A DNA stretch of 40,462 nt, from the NCBI GenBank assembly GCA_002503045.1, contig DAQW01000056.1, forward strand, positions 575 through 41,036. Direction: 5' to 3'. Positions 33,901 through 40,462 of the stretch are shown here, in pieces. Position numbers and translations under genes: made by a program. How positions within the stretch are numbered: the stretch's first letter is position 1; each line of letters starts with the position of its first letter. Source of the DNA: Euryarchaeota archaeon UBA39 (lineage in GTDB: Archaea > Thermoplasmatota > Poseidoniia > Poseidoniales > Thalassarchaeaceae). The notes under the pieces were generated by a model, which did no database searches, was not told where the DNA came from, and saw only the letters and a program-made list of their open reading frames with translations.

Positions 33901-34785
33901 ATGCCACGTTCCTATGCGTGGTTCATGTCCGACTGGCCTGAACTTAAACCGATGAAGAATCGACTCGTGAATTACGGTGTTTCCGATAATGGTGTTGCTA
34001 TCATAGAACTCATTTCTGACTCCGATGGTGAACCTTTGGAAGGTGACAAAACTTCTGTCAATACTTACACTAGAGAAATGTGGCACGACATCGATGAAGC
34101 GATACTTAGTGCCCGCTTTGATGATGATGTTTCAGTAATTTTACTTACAGGGCATGGGGACAAATTTTTCTCTGCAGGAGCCAGCATCAAATATCTGAAT
34201 AAGCTAACACCAAGATACAAGTATTTCTTCTGTCTTCATGCCAATGAAACTCTATCTCGTCTTGAACAAACACCAAAATTAGTCATTGCAGCTTTGAATG
34301 GCCATACAGTAGGTGGTGGACTAGAAATTGCTATGGCAGCAGATATCAGAATTGGAAGAAAGGGGAACTTCCAAGTTGGTCTTCCTGAAGTATCTCTTGG
34401 AGTTCTTGCAGGTACAGGAGGGACTGCCAGATTGTCTCGTCTTGTAGGAAAAGCCAAGGCAATGGAAATTATGGTAACAGGAAGAAAGTTCTCATTTGAA
34501 GAATCAAAAGAAATGGATCTTGTTCATGATATATATGATTCAATGAGTCTGGAAGATTTTCGTCAAGATGTTCTAGATTATGCGGGAAGATTCACACTAC
34601 CTTTTGCAGCAGCCAAAGCCATTGGAAACATCAAGAGAAGTGTTCAAAGTGGACTAGAAATACCTTTGGAATATCACCTTGCATTAGAACGTGAATTACA
34701 ATCAGATCTTTTCCAGTCTAATGATGCCAAAATTGGAATTGCTGCTTATGTCGATAAAAAGACACCACGATTTGAAGGAAACTAA
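33901..34785 (+). CDS. Enoyl-CoA hydratase/isomerase (crotonase) family protein
   Basis: FFSAGASIKYL, ALNGHTVGGGLEIAMAADIRIG and PEVSLGVLAGTGGTARL. The start could be ATG at 33952. Confidence 0.85.
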   Translation: MPRSYAWFMSDWPELKPMKNRLVNYGVSDNGVAIIELISDSDGEPLEGDKTSVNTYTREMWHDIDEAILSARFDDDVSVILLTGHGDKFFSAGASIKYLNKLTPRYKYFFCLHANETLSRLEQTPKLVIAALNGHTVGGGLEIAMAADIRIGRKGNFQVGLPEVSLGVLAGTGGTARLSRLVGKAKAMEIMVTGRKFSFEESKEMDLVHDIYDSMSLEDFRQDVLDYAGRFTLPFAAAKAIGNIKRSVQSGLEIPLEYHLALERELQSDLFQSNDAKIGIAAYVDKKTPRFEGN

Positions 34786-34857
34786 TGACAACGACAGCCA
34801 GTACGCCATTATTGGCTTTGACTGATGTTGATATACCACCGTTCATTCGGGTCATTC

Positions 34858-36003
34858 ATGAGTACCACTGAGATTGTTGAAAAGTACCATCCGAATTTCG
34901 AAGGATGGATTCAAGAGTTCCAAGAATGGCAGACAAGAATTGGTTTTGATCCCGCTTGGCTTGGAGATTATCGGTTTGAAATACGATTTGATTGGGATTC
35001 AGCTGGAGATGAAATTGAATTCGGTGACTTCAGTGGAATGCCAAAATGGAAGAGAAGAATGCAAATTCCTCAACAGAACATTATCGATGCTATTCTAACA
35101 ATGGTTAGTGTTCAAGGAGATACAGAATTTGCTTCTGTTGAACAACAAAACCATCTTCTTGCAACCGCGCCTACTGAGTATGATAGAAAATCTGCTCTTA
35201 GAATAATGTGTGAAGAACAAAGACATGGATGGCAAATGGCTTACTTACTCTGTACATATTTCGGAGAACAAGGAATGAGAGAGGCCGCAAAATTACTAGA
35301 AAGAAATGCTCAAGATGGTACACGATTACTAGGGTCTTTCAATGCACCAATTGATCACTGGCTTGATTTCTTCTGTTTTACTCATTTCATCGATAGAGAT
35401 GGGAAATTCCAATTGAAGATGTTGTCAACCAGTTCATTCCAACCATTAGCTGCTTCAATGGGGCCAATGCTGAAAGAAGAGTCATTCCATTTAGGAACTG
35501 GAGCGAACGGGTTGAGACGTATTGTCAAAGCTGGAGTCATTCCTCTTGATTTCCTTCAGAAATATATCAACAAATGGGTTAGCACTGGTCTGGATTTATT
35601 TGGAACTGATGAGTCAACTTCAGCTGAGTGGGCATATGTGTACGGTGTAAAAGGAAGATATGATGAACGTGAATCTGAAATGGATGCTGATAGAGAACAT
35701 CTGAATGAAGCAAGTAGAGGCTTGTATTTTGATGAGTTAAAGGCTGAAATGGTTCGAATTAGTAAAGGACGTAAAGAAGGAGAACCTGAACTCTTCATCC
35801 CATCTGATAAGTTTAATCGTGGAATAGGGATGTATGCAGGTAAACGCTACACAGTAAAAGGCGATCCATTCGAAGGTTCAGATGGGGAATGGGACGAATA
35901 TCTTGCGGGAATCCTACCCAGTGATGCTGATGAAAAATTATTGATGGATGAATACATGGCTCCTGGTGTAGAATGGATTCAATATCGAGAATGGAGAGAA
36001 TAA
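34858..36003 (+). CDS. BoxB-like diiron acyl-CoA oxygenase (benzoyl-CoA 2,3-epoxidase subunit B / PaaA superfamily)
   Basis: Carboxylate-bridged diiron pattern QGDTE ... EEQRH ... DRDGK ... EESFH. The context (QGDTEFASVEQQNHL..TAP.EYD; FIDRDGKFQL) matches the BoxB family as I remember it. ATG at 34858 (MSTTEIVEKY) is preferred over 34825. Confidence 0.65.
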   Translation: MSTTEIVEKYHPNFEGWIQEFQEWQTRIGFDPAWLGDYRFEIRFDWDSAGDEIEFGDFSGMPKWKRRMQIPQQNIIDAILTMVSVQGDTEFASVEQQNHLLATAPTEYDRKSALRIMCEEQRHGWQMAYLLCTYFGEQGMREAAKLLERNAQDGTRLLGSFNAPIDHWLDFFCFTHFIDRDGKFQLKMLSTSSFQPLAASMGPMLKEESFHLGTGANGLRRIVKAGVIPLDFLQKYINKWVSTGLDLFGTDESTSAEWAYVYGVKGRYDERESEMDADREHLNEASRGLYFDELKAEMVRISKGRKEGEPELFIPSDKFNRGIGMYAGKRYTVKGDPFEGSDGEWDEYLAGILPSDADEKLLMDEYMAPGVEWIQYREWRE

Positions 36004-36579
36004 TTGGAGTTGCGAAAAATGCAAACTCTTGCTTTACTTGCTGTAGATAAAGAAAAACTTAGGCCCTTTTTCTCTAGAGTACCAGAATTATTTGAACAGC
36101 ATCACCATGATTCAGGACAAAAACCCGAGATGTATGAGGAACTATTGTACAAGGTACATCGCCCATATACAAACGACATGCTGGATATGATTGACGACTG
36201 GATGGGTCTAGAAAGAAGAAATATTTCTGGTGAACAGGAAATCATGCTCAGACTTTTCCTTCTTGCAATTCGTTACCCTGATACTCTTCTTTTTGATAGC
36301 CTCGATGATATTTTAGTTAATGATGTCAGAAGGCTTTCGGCATATCTCCATTTTAGTAGCCACACATATACAATTTGGGACAATGATACGCGGAAAGGAT
36401 TAGCGAAATTAGGATTTGAGATTCCTGATACCGATAAAGCAGATCCTTTCATTTATGGCGCATATGTTGGAACTATTGAACTAATCAAGGATTTAGCTCC
36501 CTTCACATGTTTCCTAGAACACGATGTCCCTAGGCAAAGACTCTTCCAAGCGGCATTGGCAGCTTACGGAAGGGAATGA
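36004..36579 (+). CDS. Hypothetical protein, no recognisable motif, embedded in the acyl-CoA cluster
   Basis: About 190-aa ORF starting at TTG 36004 or ATG 36019, tightly packed between the BoxB-like gene and the dehydrogenase gene. It has no Cys cluster or nucleotide-binding motif. Confidence 0.5.
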   Translation: MELRKMQTLALLAVDKEKLRPFFSRVPELFEQHHHDSGQKPEMYEELLYKVHRPYTNDMLDMIDDWMGLERRNISGEQEIMLRLFLLAIRYPDTLLFDSLDDILVNDVRRLSAYLHFSSHTYTIWDNDTRKGLAKLGFEIPDTDKADPFIYGAYVGTIELIKDLAPFTCFLEHDVPRQRLFQAALAAYGRE

Positions 36580-36580
36580 A

Positions 36581-37468
36581 ATGAATATCCGAATCGTTAC
36601 GGTTATTGGAGCCGGAACGATGGGTGCAGGAATTGCACAAGTTTGTGCACAAAGTGGTTGGGAAACGCGCCTCTATGATGCATTTCCCGAAGGTCTAGAA
36701 AGAGGGATGAAAACAATACATTCATTCTGGGATAAAGGAATCGCTCGAGGAAAAACAACTGAGGAACAAAAATCAAAATGGTCTTCTAATCTTAGTTTCC
36801 ATGGAGATATGCAAGAAGCAGTATCTAATACTGATTTGGTCATTGAAGCTGTACCCGAAATTATTGAGCTCAAACAAGAAATATTTCGAAAAATTGAGAT
36901 GTTGGCACCTAAACATTCGATTCTTGCCACCAATACTTCTGGACTGCCAATTCGTGATATTGCAGAATCAACTAATTGTCCTGAAAGAGTAATTGGAATG
37001 CATTTCTTCAATCCTGTTCCAATAATGAAATTATTAGAAATTGTTCGGCACGATTCGTGTTCTAATAGCACCATCGAAGCAGCTCAATCTATTGGGGCAT
37101 TAATGGGTAAAGAATCAATTTTGGTCAACGATGTTCCGGGATTTGCAACTAGTAGATTAGGCGTAATCTTGGGAAATGAAGCGATTCGAATGTTGGCAGA
37201 TGGGGTCGCTTCTGCAAGTGATATTGATACAGCAATGAGATTGGGTTACCGACATCCAATGGGGCCATTAGAACTAACTGATTTAGTTGGGCTAGATGTT
37301 CGAAGAGATATCTTAAACAACTTAGCAGATGCTTTTGATGATGAAAAATATAGACCTCATCCTTTGTTAGAACGTTTAGTTCTAGAAGGCAGTTTAGGAA
37401 AGAAATCAGGAATGGGGATCTATGATTGGAGTTCTGGTGAAAAAAAGGAAAGGAATCTCAAAATTTGA
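36581..37468 (+). CDS. hbd: 3-hydroxyacyl-CoA (3-hydroxybutyryl-CoA) dehydrogenase
   Basis: MNIRIVTVIGAGTMGAGIAQV Rossmann motif, NTSGL, HFFNP and a C-terminal dimerisation domain. ATG at 36581 lies 1 nt after the upstream stop. Confidence 0.9.
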   Translation: MNIRIVTVIGAGTMGAGIAQVCAQSGWETRLYDAFPEGLERGMKTIHSFWDKGIARGKTTEEQKSKWSSNLSFHGDMQEAVSNTDLVIEAVPEIIELKQEIFRKIEMLAPKHSILATNTSGLPIRDIAESTNCPERVIGMHFFNPVPIMKLLEIVRHDSCSNSTIEAAQSIGALMGKESILVNDVPGFATSRLGVILGNEAIRMLADGVASASDIDTAMRLGYRHPMGPLELTDLVGLDVRRDILNNLADAFDDEKYRPHPLLERLVLEGSLGKKSGMGIYDWSSGEKKERNLKI

Positions 37469-37477
37469 GGTATCAAA

Positions 37478-37762
37478 ATGGTTTCACCCCAATTTATTGA
37501 AGGCATTGGACTAATTGCAGGCTTGTTGGGCGTTATAGCATGGCTACCTCAACTCTACAAAGTATGGATTGAGAAACTACACGAAGGAATCTCAATTCCT
37601 ACAATTCTCATTATTTGTATTGCCCTTGTCTTATGGACAACTTATGGCACTTTAGTTGATTCATTTTCTATTATCGTAGCCAATATTGCGGCAGGTGCAT
37701 GTGTTTTATCTGTTGCAATAAGAGTAATTCAATTACGAAGAATTGAAAACAATCGAGATTAG
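37478..37762 (+). CDS. SemiSWEET / PQ-loop three-helix membrane protein
   Basis: 94 aa with three hydrophobic helices and a PQ motif in helix 1 (IAWLPQLYKVW). Confidence 0.7.
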   Translation: MVSPQFIEGIGLIAGLLGVIAWLPQLYKVWIEKLHEGISIPTILIICIALVLWTTYGTLVDSFSIIVANIAAGACVLSVAIRVIQLRRIENNRD

Positions 37763-37765
37763 AAA

Positions 37766-38563
37766 TTATTCTTCTTCTACAAAAGTAGAAAAATCCGGAG
37801 TTCTCTTTTCTTGGAATGCTTGTACTCCCTCTACGAATTCAGGAGTCATACTTGATTGAGTAATTAGCATTCGTTCAAATTCTAACTGTGTCTCAAAAAA
37901 CGTAGAAGACTGAGAATCAAGAAGTTGTTTGGTTGATTTCTTTGAATGGTTGGCCCATTTACCCCATTCTATTGCCACTCGAATCGCTCTAGGGAGTAAT
38001 TGCTCGGATTCTACTACTTCATCTACTGCACCTACTTCCAAAGCGGTAGATGCATCCCAAGTTTCATCATTGAAAAGAAAACTGCGTGCACGCTGAATAC
38101 CAACAAGGCGAGGTAGAAGCCAAGTGGTTCCTCCGTCAGGAGAGAGGCCTAAACGAAAGAATGCTGATGCCAAGCGTGCTTCGGTTGATGCAATGCGTGT
38201 ATCACATGCCAATGCGAGACCAAGTCCTCCTCCGGCTGCCGCACCATTTATAGCTGCAACAATTACAGTAGAGTCGCCCCTCATTCGAACTAATAATGGA
38301 TGAAGAATTCCTGTTAATTCCATTACCAATTCACTAATCGAATCATCTTCTATTGCCTGTTGAAACGAATCTATATCCGCACCTGCACAAAATACTCGTC
38401 CAGATCCTGTCAAAACTATTGATCTAACCTCCGGATCATCCATCAATCCATAGAGTATAGATGCAATCAACGCAATACTCGACGAATCAAAGGAATTCCT
38501 AGACGTTTCTCCTGAAAGCGTTACTACTGCGGTTGAACCTTCACGAACTACATCCACTGCCAT
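37766..38563 (-). CDS. Enoyl-CoA hydratase/isomerase (crotonase) family protein
   Basis: VFCAGADIDSF and AINGAAAGGGLGLALACDTRIAS motifs. Confidence 0.85.
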   Translation of the reverse strand: MAVDVVREGSTAVVTLSGETSRNSFDSSSIALIASILYGLMDDPEVRSIVLTGSGRVFCAGADIDSFQQAIEDDSISELVMELTGILHPLLVRMRGDSTVIVAAINGAAAGGGLGLALACDTRIASTEARLASAFFRLGLSPDGGTTWLLPRLVGIQRARSFLFNDETWDASTALEVGAVDEVVESEQLLPRAIRVAIEWGKWANHSKKSTKQLLDSQSSTFFETQLEFERMLITQSSMTPEFVEGVQAFQEKRTPDFSTFVEEE

Positions 38564-38566
38564 AGT

Positions 38567-38580
38567 TACCCGTAGGGGTA
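38567..38580 (-). promoter_or_regulatory. Short hairpin containing CCCCUACGGG, 4 nt upstream of the crotonase start codon
   Basis: On the gene-sense RNA, UACCCC-UAC-GGGUA. It shares the 10-mer CCCGTAGGGG (+ strand) with the pyrB leader hairpin, in the same orientation relative to the downstream gene. Confidence 0.35.
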
Positions 38581-38596
38581 CTTACACTTCAATTGC

Positions 38597-40054
38597 ATGA
38601 AAGTCATAAGATACGGTTTCTTCCCCAGCATGATGCGACGCGAGGAAGTCTACATTGGAGGCGAATGGGTGCAAGCCCACGGAGAAGGTGAAATTGAGGT
38701 CATTAATCCGAATACTGAAGAAATAATTGGCTCGGTTCCAGTGGGAAACTCAGAGGACATAGATATTGCAGTTTCAGCGGCCAGAACAGCATTTGAATCA
38801 TGGTCAATAAGCCCTATTGAAGATAGGATAAAAATCCTCAACGATTTATCTGCTGCATTGAAAGAACTTACTGAAGAACTTGCTCAAACAATTACTGCAG
38901 AGGTTGGAACTCCAATTGGTTATAGTAGAATGGCCATGGTTGGAACTCCTAGAGTGGTATCTAGATCATATGCTAAAATGTTAGAAGGATTTGAATGGGA
39001 ACACGAAATTAGAAATTCATTAATTGTAAAAGAACCAATTGGAGTTTGTGCATTTATCACTCCTTGGAATTTTCCTCTTCACCAAATTATTGGAAAGGTA
39101 GCTCCCGCCATTGCTGCAGGCTGTACAATGGTACTAAAACCCTCAAAAGAAGCGCCACTAAATGCATTCTTATTAGCAGATATATTACACGATATTGGCT
39201 TACCGCCAGGAGTTTTCAACTTAGTAAGCGGACATGGTAGTGAAGTTGGAGAATTTCTCTCAAGTCATCCGGATGTAGATATGGTCTCATTCACTGGTTC
39301 TACATCTGCAGGGGTAAGAGTTTCACAAGCGGCAGCCCCAACTGTAAAACGAGTCACATTAGAACTAGGTGGAAAAAGCGCAAATGTAATTCTAGATGAT
39401 GCTGATGTTATTCGTGCGGCTAAGTCAGCTATTGGGGCATGTTTCCAAAATTCAGGACAAACTTGTTCAGCATTAACTAGACTGATTATTCCAAAAAGTC
39501 ACAAAGATGAGATTTTAGAGATAATATCAAGCCGTGTAAATGGATATAATCCTGGAAATCCATTAGACGAAACTACACGATGTGGGCCGATGGTTTCGAA
39601 AAAACAACAACAAAGTGTTCTCTCTTACATTCAATCTGGAATAGAAGAAGGTGCACAATTGATTGCAGGGGGTGAAGGAATGCCAGAGGGATGCAATAGT
39701 GGGTTCTTTGTACGGCCAACTGCTTTCTCAAATGTCACTCCAGACATGAAAATTTGGCGAGAAGAAATTTTTGGACCCGTTTTGGTAATCGCTACCTACG
39801 AGAACGAAGATGATGCTCTTACACTAGCGAATGATTCCATATACGGACTTTCGGGAGGAGTATGGGGTTCGAATGAGAGAGCAATAGAATTTGCAAGAAA
39901 GATGAGAACAGGACAAGTTAGTATTAATGGAGGACCATTCAATATTAGTGCACCATTCGGAGGTTACAAACAATCAGGAAATGGTAGAGAATTGGGTATG
40001 GATGGGTTGGAAGAATTCCTAGAAATTAAAGCGATTCAACGACCTGTTGAATGA
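38597..40054 (+). CDS. NAD(P)-dependent aldehyde dehydrogenase
   Basis: ITPWNFP, ELGGKSA and catalytic-Cys region FQNSGQTCSA, EEIFGPV and PFGGYKQSGNGRE. The true start is probably ATG at 38630/38633 (MMRREEVYIGGEWV). Confidence 0.9.
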   Translation: MKVIRYGFFPSMMRREEVYIGGEWVQAHGEGEIEVINPNTEEIIGSVPVGNSEDIDIAVSAARTAFESWSISPIEDRIKILNDLSAALKELTEELAQTITAEVGTPIGYSRMAMVGTPRVVSRSYAKMLEGFEWEHEIRNSLIVKEPIGVCAFITPWNFPLHQIIGKVAPAIAAGCTMVLKPSKEAPLNAFLLADILHDIGLPPGVFNLVSGHGSEVGEFLSSHPDVDMVSFTGSTSAGVRVSQAAAPTVKRVTLELGGKSANVILDDADVIRAAKSAIGACFQNSGQTCSALTRLIIPKSHKDEILEIISSRVNGYNPGNPLDETTRCGPMVSKKQQQSVLSYIQSGIEEGAQLIAGGEGMPEGCNSGFFVRPTAFSNVTPDMKIWREEIFGPVLVIATYENEDDALTLANDSIYGLSGGVWGSNERAIEFARKMRTGQVSINGGPFNISAPFGGYKQSGNGRELGMDGLEEFLEIKAIQRPVE

Positions 40055-40082
40055 TATTGATTAGAAAAATACAGGTGATAAA

Positions 40083-40462
40083 ATGTTTTGTGAACATGGA
40101 AATATAATTGGATCATGCAGAGATTGCACTCCTGAAAGATACAAAGAACGGGCTTCTTCTCAAATTTTAGAAGACGTAGATTGCCCTGTTTGGGATTTAT
40201 TACGAAAACATGAGGGAGATGAATCTGTACCCCCTCAACGATGTCAAAATCTGGGTGTGAAGTTGGGGACAACATCTCAGCGTCATTTTATTCTCGAATG
40301 TACTGATTGTGGCTGGGATTGGAGGCGATGGAAGGTATCAGAATTAGATGATGTCTCTACTTTGCCTAAACTGGTTAAATGCGAAGAATGTAATGAAATC
40401 CGTATTGAAATGAATTCTAAGAAATCGAAGAGGACATGTGTTGAATGTAGTCGTCGTTTTTT
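40083..40462 (+). CDS. Cys-rich, zinc-ribbon-like protein (5' part; the ORF runs off the window)
   Basis: Open frame from ATG 40083 to the window end. It reads MFCEHGNIIGSCRDCTPERY...ECTDCGWDW...KCEECNEIRI...CVECSRRF, with four C-x-x-C pairs. It is not in the track because there is no stop. Confidence 0.45.
   Translation, partial: MFCEHGNIIGSCRDCTPERYKERASSQILEDVDCPVWDLLRKHEGDESVPPQRCQNLGVKLGTTSQRHFILECTDCGWDWRRWKVSELDDVSTLPKLVKCEECNEIRIEMNSKKSKRTCVECSRRF

Noticed and set aside
1-40462. CRISPR arrays, tRNA or rRNA genes, transposases, integrases, toxin-antitoxin pairs or known defence-system genes.
   Set aside because: I found no regularly spaced direct repeats, no cloverleaf-compatible segments, no DDE or tyrosine-recombinase motifs, and no nuclease/ATPase pairs typical of defence islands. 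The window reads as core chromosome.

Overview
This is a compact, low-G+C stretch of an archaeal chromosome. Most genes are 0-60 nt apart and several overlap in ATGA, TAATG or TTGA arrangements. Archaeal markers include Orc1/Cdc6, Bud32, an archaeal PPAT fused to a DUF359 dephospho-CoA kinase, a UPF0200 kinase, a FlaI/FlaJ-type type IV filament operon and pyrBI. They sit beside bacterial-looking metabolic genes: three crotonases, a 3-hydroxyacyl-CoA dehydrogenase, an aldehyde dehydrogenase, a BoxB-like diiron oxygenase, GlpX and a class I aldolase. That mix fits a planktonic heterotrophic Thermoplasmatota-type archaeon such as Marine Group II, but this is inference only. No rRNA, tRNA, CRISPR array, transposase or integrase was recognised.

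The parts ordinary annotation explains least well are:
- A 335-nt G+C-rich, highly self-complementary gap at 5097-5431, probably a structured RNA of unassigned class.
- An orphan 843-aa winged-helix protein, a 280-nt AT-rich repeat-bearing intergenic region and two tandem small winged-helix paralogs (5432-8755).
- A minimal Tad-like type IV filament operon with FlaJ split into two genes and two prepilins sharing a D-A-Q motif (16052-21094).
- A BoxB-like acyl-CoA oxygenase inside a beta-oxidation-type cluster with no reductase partner (33901-40054).
- A PPAT-DPCK gene fusion (4068-5096).
- A CCCCUACGGG hairpin that recurs just upstream of two start codons; the pyrBI copy has mutually exclusive pairings.

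All functional calls come from reading motifs in the translations. No database search was run.
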